In this document: positions 1 through 13,271 of the stretch, piece after piece | How positions within the stretch are numbered: the first letter of the stretch is position 1 | Layout of the letters: every line of letters begins with the position of its first letter | Source of the DNA: Octopus bimaculoides | Taxonomy: Eukaryota | Length of the DNA: 64,000 bases | Direction of reading: 5' to 3' | NCBI RefSeq assembly: GCF_001194135.2 | Contig: NC_068994.1 | Coordinates: forward strand, 38,902,816-38,966,815 | Position numbers and translations under genes: made by a program | Notes under the pieces: generated by a model | The model's database searches: none | Told to the model about the DNA's origin: nothing | Seen by the model: the letters and a program-made list of their open reading frames with translations, nothing else

Positions 1-323
1 GAACAAACAGTAAATTCCATAAAAAAGTTAAAAAGAATAAAATAGTAAAAGAGGAAAATTCCAATAAATATATAGTGTTTGGTTATTTTATATCGTATGT
101 CTTATGTCAAAGAATATTTTTCTTCAAATATTTCTGTTACTTCTTATCTTTAACCCAAAACTACTTTTCTTTTCTTTTTTTCTCAGATTAATTTGCAACA
201 TCTATCTCTGTATTCTGAAATAATGATTTACGACAATTGTTTTAGTAATCAGTAGGTTTTCTTTTTTTTTACATTCTTTATTTAAAGTTTTTTTTTTAAT
301 GAATTTTTCCTTAATTAGAATTT

Positions 324-408
324 AAGTGGAATATTGATGAAAGCTGGAGATAGATAAAAATTTTGGATTGGATTTTATTTTCTTGTTTGAAAACTTGATA
401 TGAAACAA
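324..408. repeat. Direct repeat copy 1 (second copy at 1708-1795)
   Basis: aagtggaatattgatgaaag...gaaaactt.atatgaaacaa present at both positions with scattered mismatches. Confidence 0.75.
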
Positions 409-2437
409 TAGAAGTGAACAGATGTAACAAAATAAATAAATGAATGAATAAATAAATAAATAAATAAATAAATAAAAATAAACGCAGCCATTTTAAGACT
501 GAATCTAAAAGCATTGCAAATATTCACAGGGAGTGTTTATGCAGTGTCTTGACCTGCTAGAAATAATAGTCAAATCTTTTTTAATTGCATCCTTCCATAT
601 TAGAAAAAAAGGAAAGATGAATTAGTAAATGGTGTTCTAGAGACATTGAATCTGAAACAAAAAAAATGAAAATATATCTGTGACAGTCATGGTTGGAATG
701 CTTTTTATCATAGGTCTAGTTACTGGATTAGGACTGGAAATGGAGTTAAACAGCAACAGCAACAACAATATCAGTGAGTCATGCGACAACTACAACAACT
801 CATCCCAATACTTTAAGCATTGCAACAAAGGCTCATGGGATAAAAAAAACATGATAGTACTGTCATGTGGCCTTTTCCATCAGAGTTGATTGGATGCAAA
901 ACAATAACATGTGACAGTCACATTTGATCAAACCTTACAATTGAATGGATCAATATTTCATATTATATCACTATCAATTTTACTGCAATGTGCTTTTCAG
1001 TAAGCTCACCAAATCTTCAATGACTCAGATTATCTTGCTGCATATATAGATGCCAAATGGCAGCATAAGTCAATGATAACATTTTCTTCAGATGGCAGAT
1101 CTATGTTGAAATCCCTCTATAAACAAGTAAAGCCTTTCATGGTATCTTCTCTTTTGAATTCTTAATGTTCTGTGGTAAATTCTGTTATCAGAGCATTAGA
1201 AAGACATTATTTTATGATCTAATAGACAAATGTTAATCTATAACAAACATAAAGATTAATATGATCAGTTTTTATCTTGTCTTTATGATTTTTTATGGTC
1301 AATGGCAGAGGAGCAACACCAATGGCCCTTTCAGAGACTTTGAGACTGAGTGGGGATGGGGGATGCAAAGTTATCTTCAGACCCTGACACCTGACCCAGA
1401 TACTTACAACAAAGTGTCAAGTTCTCCACTAAAGGCTCTGAAGGGTCAGGTTATGGCATTTCTCTGGAAGATGGCTTTAGTTTTCTCATGGGTTTGCACA
1501 CAATTTTTCTTTATCAAATTAATGTAATACATCTTATATTATAATGTTTTCTGTTACCCTTTATTTTTATCTTAACACTAAATGTCTTTTGGGCTTTTTC
1601 TTTTTTTCTCACATTAATTAGCAACAATAATCTCTGCATTCTGAAATACTTATTAAGAACAATTGTCCCAGTAATTATTAGATTTTTTTTTCTGAATCTT
1701 TTTTCTGAAGTGGAATATTGATGAAAGATGAAGATATATAAAATCTTAGATCAGATTGATTGCATTTCCTTGATTGAAAACTTCATATGAAACAAGGTTT
1801 TGGTCAACCAGTATTTGTAGCAGCCAACACTTGCCCCATGTTCCATATACTAAGATCAAACTGGAACCCACTTCACTGAGAAAAGAACTTCTCAACCACA
1901 CAGCTATACCTGCAACCAAATATTATCTCTGATTTAATGCAGTGTTGAGAAGATGAAAAATATATCTTCTCCTTGACAAGAAACTGGTCTAACACAAATA
2001 GCTCTACAAGCTAATAAATAATTTAATTCCATAGAATAAAGCTCAGCTAACAAATTGGTTGTGGCTGGCTATATAGTTGATTGTATTGACCTTATTACAT
2101 ACCTGTGATACACCAACTTCCTATGCAGCGAAAGATTTATTTCTCATCTTAACACTTCATTAAATCAGAGATAAGCACTGGTTCTATTGATCTTTCACTT
2201 TGTTAAAGATTAACTTTTGTCTGTTGGATCATTAAAACATCAATAATGACTTTCTGATGCTCTGATAATAGAATCTACTGCAGAATATTTTATTGAGTCC
2301 AGAGAAATGAATTTCAAAGTTAACCTTTGACCATTTCATGATTTGAACTTTTTGATGAAGCAGCATAAAAAAACTTAATACTGCAGAACATTTAGTATGA
2401 ACTTTGTAACAGAAAAAGAAAAAAAAAATTATTAAAT

Positions 2438-2820
2438 AGGCTCAGGCGTGGCTGTATGGTAATAAATTTGCTTTCTAACCACATGGTTCCAGGTTCAGTC
2501 CCACTGCATGGCACCTTGGAAAAGTGCTTTCTACTATAGCCTCAGGCCAACTAAAACCTTGTGAGTGGATTTGGTTGATGGAAACTGAAAGAAGCCCATC
2601 ATGTGCGTGTGTGTCTGTGTTTGTCCTCCACCACCACCACCACTTGACACCAGGTGTTGGTTTGTTTACATCTCTGTAACTTAGTGGTTTGGCAAAAGAG
2701 ACCAATTAAAATAAGTCTTTACACAAAATATAAGTACTGAGGTTGATTCGTTTGACTAAAGAACTCTTCAAAGCGGTGCCCCAGTATGGCCTCAGTCTAA
2801 TTGAATGAAGCAAGCAAAAT
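2438..2820 (+). mobile_element. tRNA-derived SINE, family A (near full length)
   Basis: Head ggcgtggctgtatggt...gttcagtcccactg, core ccttggaaaagtg..ctactatagc, tail gcggtgccccagtatggcc; many homologous copies in window. Confidence 0.85.
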
Positions 2821-3431
2821 ATTTGAACTTTATGAATTGTCTTCGTTCTATTCCTTAATTTCAAATTCAAATTTCTAATACCACCTTAAGTTGTGAGAGA
2901 ATGGTTATTTTCCTTGTTTCAACAACAATTGCCAGAGGGAATCACATGTATTCCATATTTAATTGGCAGAATTGTTAAAGCAGTAGACAAAATTCTAAGC
3001 AATATTTAGTTACTTTATCTTTTATTATGAGTTCAAATCTCAGTGGTGGCTTACCTTTTCATGATTACAGGTCAATAAAATAATGTGCCAATCAAATACT
3101 AGATCAATGCAGCTGATTGTACCATTATTTTCTAATAACTCTCCTTGTACTTATAACAGAAATTGCTGTAGAGTTCTGATATTTCTCTCATTACATTTTA
3201 AGAGTTTATTTTTTTATATTTCTTCATATGATGTCAAAAACTTGAGAAATACTTTGTGCTTCAAGCAGATTCATATGAAATATTTAAAATATTTAAATTT
3301 TTATTTTATCTTACATAAATAACTTAATATTATAATTATTCTAAATGATATTTATTTATCATGTAATTTTATTTCAGATCTCTATTCTATGAGTTTATCT
3401 AGTAAAGTTCTTGTTTCTGCACTTCATGGAG

Positions 3432-3463
<32 letters not shown>

Positions 3464-4204
3464 NNNNNNNNNNTCTGATTATAAATTTGTCCATATTTTC
3501 ATATGGCATTAAAACAAGGTATTTTTGGTTTTGTTTTTCTTCTAACGACTTCTATTGATCTTCTGTTGAAATGGCACACAAGATAAAACTCAAAGGCTAC
3601 AGGTCATAGAAATAAGTGAGCATACTGGGGAACATGCCAAGTTCATTAACTTAGTTTCGAGTTGCATAGCTTCCCTATTCCCAAACCCTTGAAATCACTA
3701 GCTCTCATGTCATGCCATTACGGCCGTTCAAGACAGAAAGAATAATTGAAAGCTACACGCACACTTGAAAGAAAAAAAAAGACTTCATTAAAATAATGGC
3801 AATTTTGGTCCAATGCGCCATTGTTTGGAAGCTGAATATAGCTGTACTTTATGTATAATTTCATTTCATTCAAAAGTTTTCTCGACAAATATTTAACACA
3901 CTACATTTCCTTTGACTATTTTTATTTCTGGTTCTGATATGAAAGGTCATGACATGAAAAGTTTCTGCTGAACATATTTTGCTTCCTAACTGGAGCTGAT
4001 GTAATTTTTTCAGCTGCTAATACTACTGAGATAGGCTTGAGTTTCATATATTCTCTTCATAGGTGCATTGCAAAGATGTTTGTATGATACCATGGGCAAA
4101 TGTAGCTCTTATCATAGCCTCATATTGGCCAATATTTTGTGAAGTGAATTTGGTAGATAAAAATCGTCCAGAAGCTTATCGTATGCATTTGTGTATGTGT
4201 GTGC

Positions 4205-4268
<64 letters not shown>

Positions 4269-4379
4269 GGGGTGGGGTATGCATGTATGTGTCTGTATTA
4301 GTGAGTGTGTTTTTTTCATTTATATATATCAGTAAAAGATTTAACATTAACAAGAACAATAAAAAAAACCAGTCTTGCA

Positions 4380-5250
4380 CATAAAGATCCTCAAATTATT
4401 TGTTCTGCATCCAGTTATAAAAACTCCCTTGTCATACTCATCATCAGAAATGCAATTAGCCTGTCACACACCCTTGTCATAGAAAACTGTGCCAGCTTTT
4501 CACCACTGAATCATATGAAACTCTACTTTCCAACTATTACTTAATCAAGATTCACAATTAGTCTCCTCTTAAAGGCATAGGATATCTAAAACTATAGCAT
4601 ACTTTAATTGCATTACCTTTCCAATGAGGCAATAACTTACTGAAGGTACACCCACCCACATTTCCTTGTAATGCATTAGTATAGTTGTATATAATTTTAA
4701 TACCCATTGAATTCTCTCACATTGCTTTTATTTTCTCCTTTTCTATTTTCATTCACATATACAGTTACTTCTTTCATCATGTTTGCTGCTACATAAATCA
4801 ATAATATATTACCAATAACAACTAGTCCATTTGAAACTTTCCTACATGGTAATAATATCCCAGAGAGACTTTACTGTTGTATCCCATAAACATAAAACTT
4901 TGATCTAAACAAAGTTTCACCTTTTACCCTATTAATCTAATAATTTAAACCTAGATACATTTCCCTCTTTATTTTTTAATTCATATAATTATTCAACTCT
5001 GAACCATATAATTAGTTTAGCTTTATAAATTTTACACAATTTATTTCAGTTTTCCCTACAAACAGTTATTAACTACCTCTTGTTCATTTGTTTTTCTTTA
5101 ACAGAACAACCTTAAATTATTTCAGGAATCTTTGTTCATTGCAACATTTCTTTCTTTAAGGTATTAACAACAGTTTAGAATATCTTCTTATCACAATAAG
5201 TTTTATAGTACATTTTCTTATGCCAACTAGAAACTATTTCAGTTTTTTTA
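4380..5250 (-). mobile_element. Highly degenerate possible Penelope-like retroelement remnant
   Basis: Minus-strand traces such as IIWF and C.(Y)S..YP.PLRGD resemble the Penelope RT/GIY-YIG linker; many stops. Confidence 0.3.
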
Positions 5251-5366
5251 ATGTCTACATTATTTCACTAAATTTTATGTGTCATTAACTCTTCTAGAAT
5301 CTAAAAATACTAGTTTCTACTTATGGTTTCAGACCAAAATTCTTGCAAAACAAATTCAAAAAAATT

Positions 5367-5416
<50 letters not shown>

Positions 5417-5495
5417 ACATACATTTAAATATATATATACATATAAATATATACATATATATATATACATACATACATATGTGTATGTGTATATA

Positions 5496-5583
<88 letters not shown>

Positions 5584-5856
5584 ATAATTAAGATTCTGTT
5601 GAATTAGGTACTTAAATTGAGGCACCAGAGATACGAAAACAGAAACAACATGAATATTTTGAGTTCCATTATTGATATGAATATGTTAAAACAGTGGCTG
5701 TATCTTTTACGTTTGAAGTCTATGCAGTCATCTGACAAGAACGGTTTCTTTCAAATGATGTAATGTTTTCATTAATCAATTAAATGATTCACTTGAAATG
5801 GCCATAATGAAATGGCCTGTGCATCTTCATTACTTATATATATATATATATGTATA

Positions 5857-7132
5857 TTAGGTTGTCCCAGAAAGTTCTGAGCATTTTTTAATATGCAAAA
5901 AGGTATATAAATAATTGACTTATAGATACATTTTATTCAATGAAATAAGTTCCATTATTATTAATGACCTATGCCCTTTGCCCATCAGGTTATTTAAATA
6001 TTCCATTAGCATAAAATTTGACTGGTTTTGAAGAAAAAAACTTATCTAGATGCATTTTGACTCCATTTAAATTGTTAAATGTTTTTCCTTGCAATGAGTT
6101 CTGTAGACAAAAACAAGTGGTATTTGCATAGCATAATATCAGGCAAATATGGTAGATGGGGTAAGAGATCCCAGCCGAGTTCATGTAATTTTGTTCGGGT
6201 AGTGAAAGATACATGTGTTTGGGTATTGTCTTGTTGGAACACTACCCCTTTCTTGATGGCAATCTCCAGCCTCAGTTCTTTGATTTTTTTGGTTCAAATT
6301 AACCAGCTAACAACAGTACACATCTGGTTTTGTGAGAGAAGCTCAAAATAAATAATGCCTTTATGATCCCACCAAACACAAAGCATAGCTCTTTCGGCAT
6401 GGATATTTGTCTTTGGTTGCTGTTTTGGGGGATACTACCACCAACTCCAGGATCTTTTTTACACTACGTTTTCATACACAATCCATTTTCATCTCCAGTC
6501 ACAAGTTGTTTAAAAAAGGACATGCTTTAATTCTGTTTGAAAAGCGTATCACAAACGGAATACCAGTCCAAGCAATTTTTTTCTGAGAGTTTGTGAGGGA
6601 CCCATACATTATAGTGAGAGATGTATCCTAGCTTCACTAGGTGTTCATGAGCTGTACTTTTAGAAACTTCCAACTCCCCTGCAAGTTCTCTAGTTGTGAT
6701 ATTTGAGTTTTCTTTGATTTTTGTCGCAAAAACATCTTCATCTCAATTTTGAAGGTCTTCTACTGTGACTGTCATCTTCCAAGCAAAACTCTCCAGCTTT
6801 AACTTTTGCAAACCATCTTCAAACAGTTGATTCAATTACAGCATCATCATAAACTTCACAAATATTTTTGCAAGTCTTTGCAGCATTTTCTCTTTTTTCA
6901 AAATAGAAAAGCATTACAATACGAATATGAAATTTTTGGTTGTTATTCGTTTCAAATGTCAATAAAGGGTAGCCAGAATGAAAGATATATCTATTTTTAC
7001 TCAGGAACAAAGAAGAGATGCACGACTACTTCAAGCAATGCCAAAGTTTTAACTGTGTTACGTTTCAAGGATGTTCAATAAGGCATTAAAAGATTTAGCT
7101 TAAAAATGCTAAGAACTTTCTGGACAACCTAA
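5857..7132 (-). mobile_element. Full-length degenerate mariner (DD34D type) DNA transposon
   Basis: About 31-bp TIRs ttaggttgtcc(c)agaaagttct.agcattttt, flanked by TA on both sides; 1276 bp. Confidence 0.95.
5932..6950 (-). pseudogene. Mariner transposase pseudogene
   Basis: QKFHIRIVMLFYF N-terminus, WVPHKL, TGDEKW, FQQDN, YLPD (YSPD-like), LQNSLQGKTF...FFSSKP; stops and frameshifts. Confidence 0.93.
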
Positions 7133-7267
7133 TATATATGTATGTGTGTTTAAACAAAATAAATATTAGCAACAGAAGTAGTATCAAAACTGAATAGCAA
7201 TTTTTATATCTTACTTAACGTGAATGTATTGTTCAAAAACACTGAATTAGTGTGGTATTCAGCTTAA

Positions 7268-7545
7268 GGGTTCCTCTAATATAGTGCTAAGTGGCACAGG
7301 CATATTGCTAGCAGAAGACAATTGTCTAGCACGGGTTATGGAACTGCTAGGTTACGTAACTTCAGTGTAAATGTTAACAGTGAGAATTGGCTAGCATGCA
7401 GAGGGTGGATACCTGCTACTGATGAAGTGCCTATATGCTGAAATCCCATGACCTAGCAGTTTTATTGCCCTTGCTAGAAATTCTCATCTGCAAGTGCTAT
7501 GTTTGTCTTTCTTAGCACTTTATGTCAATATGAGAGGATCTCTCA
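7268..7545. mobile_element. Old MITE/foldback with about 85-100 bp degenerate inverted arms
   Basis: 7281-7365 pairs with 7438-7523 (agtgctaag...tctagca.ggg...aactgctagg...ttcag). Confidence 0.65.
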
Positions 7546-9040
7546 AGGTGAATACCACAATGATATGATGTTCTAACAATACTTTTATGTTAAATAGGAT
7601 ATAAAGTTTGCTACACACACATGCGTGCGTGGGAACACACACACACATGCACACACTTTTTTAACCCTTTCTTTAAAAAAATCAATTTTGTTACTTGAAA
7701 ACTTATCTATTCTATTTTGCACATCATAATATATCTAAGATCTTTGTGGCACATGTATTTTGTTTACACTAGTCTTTTGAAATCTGACTCCCACCCGGTT
7801 ACCATTTTTCACAGTTTCATAATTCCTTTTAAATGTAATTATTTAGCGCTGTTTGTATTGTAGCTAAAATTCTATAATTTGTTCTCTTTTTGAATTTCAT
7901 GCATTTATCTACAGATAGTGCTTCCTATTGACTCATCCGATTTTTTTTTTTTTACACAGTTGCATTTTCCCTAATAGTATAATTTGTATGTTATTCAATT
8001 TTCACTTAAATTTTACTATTTTTATCTAAAACCAATGTTATCATTATCATCATTGTTGTTGCCACTGCTGCTTCTATTGCTGTCATCATTGTCATCATCA
8101 TTTTATATCTGCTTGCCATATTGGCATGGGTTGGATGAGACATCACATTCAGCTTATTTCTCTATCAAAGTTACGGCACTTCTAAATGGGTTTAAGGATG
8201 ACACCTCTCTTTTTAAATTCAATAATACCTCTGCTGAACATATTACAAATTGCTTTTAGTAACAACTGGTAATTCACTCTCAACAGATTTGTCAGAAATC
8301 ATCCTCTATAAGAATTTGTTTTGCATTGCATTTTATCTTCTTTGCCTCATAATTCATACAAACTACATGCAGTAATTTCTTTGCTTGCATGAAATTTTAT
8401 CAGCATTAATCTTAAAATATCATAAACCTAAACCAGAAATCTTACCTACTCAATGATGCAGTTAGAATATATTTCTTTAACTCTCTTATTGTATTCATCT
8501 TCAAGTAGTTGCTTTCATGCTAACAACTTTAAAAGTAACCATACAATTTAATCTTACTTTAAACGAGTGAGTTTATAAAGCAACTGGTTTTAACACATAC
8601 TGTTGAATACACTTTTGGTTATCATAAAGTCTCCCTCTGTCTCTCTCTCTACACATCATGCTTTCAGATGTCAACAGTCACACCAAAATCTGATGATTCA
8701 CGATTTTTTTGCTATTTGACCCATGACTGAAATCTTTGACAGGTATAAATGTATGTATGTGCATATGTATACACATATATGACTGAATGAACAAACAGAA
8801 GAAAAAAAGGTAATCAACAACTCAGCACAGTAAAAGTACCTTAGCAAAGAGCACAGCACAACTGTAGCTACATGTAATAAACTGTTAACCCATTCAGCCA
8901 TATCAACTTAGATGTTGATTATATGAAAAGACTTCAGATTTTCACGTCATTTTTAATGAAATAACTTGTCTGTAAAGTTTTAGTTAACTTCGAAGACAAT
9001 AAAACATTTTGGGAGATTTAATAAAATAATTAAATTTGTC

Positions 9041-9127
9041 ATTTAATCAGGTGATCTATCACATTCTACATACTCCATTGGAAAATCTTTTGTTATATTT
9101 GGAGCATAACAAAAGATTCTTTAAATT
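9041..9127. repeat. Mosaic of locally copied segments
   Basis: 9041-9087 identical to 10732-10778; 9097-9127 is the exact reverse complement of 10242-10272. Confidence 0.9.
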
Positions 9128-10241
9128 ATCATAAGAGGTTTTAATTTAAATATGAATGGTTGAAAATGAACAGTTCATTTGAGAAAACCAAGTGCTGCCT
9201 TAGGTGGTTTGGTTGGTTGGCTGGTATCAAAACAGTTATATGAATCAACATTATAAGCACTTTTTGAAACATTAGACAGAGTCAAATTTTGCAAATATTT
9301 TCCAGAAAATAAGCATTATGTTTTAAACATCTCACTTGAAAAGATGAACATTTTGCAACCTGTGAAACATTTAAGTTATGACAGAATTTCCAATGTATGA
9401 AGAAAAATATTGAATAAAAAAAATGGAGGGAACAGTGCATAAGTAAAAGCTAGAATCAATGTAGTTTTGGACTACACCTTGTTTTCTACGATATTTAAAA
9501 TGTTATTGTTGTAATTTGTTATATCTTTGGTGGGTGATTATGCCAATAATAAATACATGCACTGATTCTAGTTCACTTCTTTTATAATAATTAGTCAATT
9601 GGTTAATCATCAGTTGTTTGATTAATCATTCTGTCAGACAGACCTGAATTAGACCTGAAGTACATGACACTGATGTGGTCAAGAATGGTATGAGAAGACT
9701 GACAAACCTAGCTGATTGATCGATTGATTGACTGAGCAATTCAAACAATCGATTAGTCAATTTGCTTAAGTGCTAACAAATTAACTTATAATAATAAAAG
9801 AAGTGAAACGGAACCAGTGTGTGTGTTTATGGCATAATGATCCAACCAAGATACAACAAAAATATGTCACAACATGTGAGTTCACATTAAGAATCTTGCA
9901 AGCCAAATACAAAAACGAAATGTCGTAATTGTTGTAAATTAAATCCAGGACTAGTTCTGACTGACTAAGCATTCTGGTCATGACCATCCCATCATTTTTT
10001 GGAACCCTGAATATCTAGGACTATATTATTCAATACGTTATTTCATTTTTATTTCTGTTTTGAAACGGTGGGACATGATTACTGAAAGCCTTCTGTTATT
10101 TCTAACAATGTAAGTCACCCTGTAGGGTTACATCATTGGTCTAATTATGTTTTAGCTTCAATTGTAGGTGTTAACACTACTGTTTTGATATTTGAATAAC
10201 ACATAGTCTTGTGAAGTAATAGTGAATTTTGTGGTTTTGTG

Positions 10242-10496
10242 AATTTAAAGAATCTTTTGTTATGCTCCAAATTTTCAGGAGGTGGCATGTTTTGCCTTTG
10301 TATAACCTACCACAGCTGCATGGGAAGGAATACATAGTCTTTGATCATATTCTCTTCTATTGGTTGTTTGAGTTGAAGGAGATATTTGCAAAGTGTTGTA
10401 TTACTCTTGAATACTGTCCTGATGTCATAAGTCAAATATCAATGTAAATAATGTAAATAATGTACATAATTCCCCATCTCTTAAATATAGAACTGT
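10242..10496 (-). mobile_element. Penelope-like element fragment: GIY-YIG coding piece (-) plus inverted 3' terminal tail (+)
   Basis: Minus strand YDIRTVFKSNTTL...YSFPCSCGRLYKGKTC; 10441-10496 matches tail at 15017-15063 in plus orientation. Confidence 0.8.
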
Positions 10497-10974
10497 AGAA
10501 ATCTATCAGCATCATATTTGGCAATTTAAGACCGAGTTCATTCATTCAGCAAATATTGTAGAGGAAAGTTAGACTGTAAATTAAAGATTTTGCTTGGCAA
10601 GCTGTCTTGGGTCATATGAGATAGGGACTAAAAACAAAAATAGAAAAGAAAATGGATTCTTATTTTCCAAATCTTGAAATCTAGAGACACTAGAGGTAAA
10701 GAGATACATATATGGATATGTAGCCTTGTCTATTTAATCAGGTGATCTATCACATTCTACATACTCCATTGGAAAATCATATATATTATGCCTTATATGT
10801 GCATGTGTGTGTGTGTATAATGAATATACCTACATACATATATATAGGTATATATATANNNNNNNNNNNNNNNNNNNNNNNNNNNNNNNNNNNNNNNNNN
10901 NNNNNNNNNNNNNNNNNNNNNNNNNNNNNNNNNNNNNNNNNNNNNNNNNNNNNNNNNNNNNNNNNNNNNNNNNN

Positions 10975-11008
<34 letters not shown>

Positions 11009-11709
11009 ACAAATGAGCTCACAAATGCACACCTATATTAAAAGCTAAAGTCTTAATATAACACTTCTAATGAGTTTCCTTTTTTTGCTCTTCCCATGTT
11101 CTTTTAGGTTAATGATATGTGTAGAGAACTGAAAACTTAAAGTCACAATAATCCAAAGCTGGAGTGGTTGAGTGTTAAAGAGTCTGATTCCCTAACAGTT
11201 GTTCTAAGTCAAGTGCCACTGCATGGCACCTTCAGCAAGTATCTGCTATAGTCTGAAAGCCAGATGAAGCCTTGTTAGCTGACTTGGAAGATGGAAACTT
11301 ATTAATATATCTGCAAAAACATCACAAAAATATCACAAAAAACTACTACTCAGAGTTTCATATTCCTGTTAGTTGGACAGTTTAGATTCGGAAGGGAACA
11401 AAACAAAGTTTGTAGGTATAAAATATACAATTTACATTGACAGATACAGATTTAAAATTTTTTTGAGAAGAGCATTGCTGCTGTGAATTTTCTTTCCCTT
11501 TTTCCCTTTTATTTTCTTCATTTACTTTTTCATTTTTTCTTTTTTTATTTTTCCTTTGCCTCTCTGTCCTTCTTCCCCCTTTTCTCTACCATATGACTTT
11601 GTAAATGAACAATCTGGTGTCTATTTTAATGGCCTACCAAAGTATACGGTGAGTTTCTTTGCCTTAGGTGTCAGGAAGACAGTCGGCAAGAAAGGGAAAC
11701 AAAATTGGA

Positions 11710-11775
11710 AAATGATGATGATGATGATGATAATGATGACGACGACGACGATGATGATGATGATGATGATAATGA
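11710..11775 (+). repeat. (ATG/ACG)n microsatellite
   Basis: Direct sequence; source of the poly-D stretch in ORF 11705..12028. Confidence 0.9.
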
Positions 11776-12141
11776 TTCTTGGATCGTAAAGAAAAAGGAC
11801 AAAAAACAAAAAACAAAAAAATACAATCCCTTAAAATTTGAAATAGGAAGAATTTGGAGCATGAGAACAGTAAAGGTCATGCCTATAATAATTGGTGCAC
11901 TGGGGACAGTAAACAAAGATATAGACAAGTGGCTGAAGGAGATTGGAATAGAACGCCCAGTAGAGCTCCTACAGAAAGTTTGTCTCTTAGGGACAGCAAA
12001 GATTATCAAGAGGGATCTAAGCACTTGAAAGACAGCTGAAAACTTGTGGATACCTAAGGTTACAGGTAGTAACCCGCTACCCACATAAACCCTATCAGAA
12101 ATAAGACCAAACCTGAGCCAAATGAAAATGATAATAATAAT
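11772..12141 (+). mobile_element. 3' fragment of restriction-like-endonuclease (RLE) non-LTR retrotransposon
   Basis: KYNPLKFEIGRIW...VMPIIIGALGTV...LLQKVCLLGTAKIIKRDL*, then 3' UTR and (TAA)n tail. Confidence 0.85.
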
Positions 12142-12155
12142 TACATACATACATG

Positions 12156-12190
<35 letters not shown>

Positions 12191-12779
12191 ACAAACATGC
12201 AAGCATACATCAGGTGTACATACATCAGGTGTACATACATACGTGCATACGTATGCACATGCATGCCAATATATTAGTGGAAGTCTAGGCTCCACTACAT
12301 TGTTATTTCAAGCTTCCAATGCCTAACACTTATCATAAGCCTGCATACTATCCGAACCCATGGAAATTCCATGGGCTTCATAAGAGAAACCTGAGAACTG
12401 TAGTTGTCTGTTGTTATTGCGAAAGAAGAAATGACAACCAATAGCAGGTAAGATAGAGAAAGAGAGAGCATGAGAGAGAGAGGGAGAGAGACAGAGAGAG
12501 AGGAAAGGAGGTAAGAAGAGGAGGAATTTGACAAGTGTTAGCTGAAGTGGTAACAGTGCTAGGAGTATATAAAGAACGAAAGAGAAAGCCCAGCAAATCA
12601 ATGTAGTTGTATTATCCATACGCATGTGCACGTGCACGCGCACACACACACACACACTACGTTCATATACTACATCCACGCACCCACTATACACACACAC
12701 ACCACATATGCACATACATTATACACACACACATGAACTGCATGCACACACGTAAATATATACACACACTGAGACTGTA

Positions 12780-13190
12780 GCAGTTTGTTGTGGCATTGAT
12801 GTTTGTAGGTGATGTCGTGATGATTTTAATTAATGGTGGTAAGGTAGTGGTGGTGGTGGTGGTGGTGGTGGTGGCAGTGCTGGAGGTGGCTGTGTTGGTG
12901 GCAGTGTCGGTGATGGTGGTGGTAATTTGTACAGAGTTGACGGAACAATTTATTTTTGTGGACTGATATTTTGTATGTTAATTCATACAAAGCAAAAAAA
13001 AAGTCGTGCAAAAAGTACTGCATGATTTAACATATGTACCTTAGTGCAAGTAATTGCCATTAAGCAATGCAATCACCACCACCACAGCGACCACCACCGC
13101 TACCACCACCACCACTACCACCAACACCACCAACACTAACACCACCGCCATCATGACTGCCAGCATCAAACAAAAAACAACTGTCTTAAA
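12780..13190. repeat. Foldback with (GGT)n and (ACC)n complementary arms
   Basis: GGT tract about 12833-12925, ACC tract about 13074-13150, plus partially complementary outer flanks. Confidence 0.55.
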
Positions 13191-13271
13191 CAACAAATAA
13201 AAACCACCACCACTATCATAACTACCAACTGCCTTTTCACCAACCCTATTTGAGCTATTCCCTTTCCTGTG

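Noticed and set aside
870-1180. Possible APE endonuclease DFNIDL motif on minus
   Set aside because: A single frameshifted motif with no supporting motifs
11705-12028. Poly-Asp protein ORF
   Set aside because: Microsatellite fused to a LINE C-terminal fragment, not a host gene
12357-12375. cccatgga-aat-tccatggg palindrome
   Set aside because: An 8-bp stem is expected by chance in 64 kb
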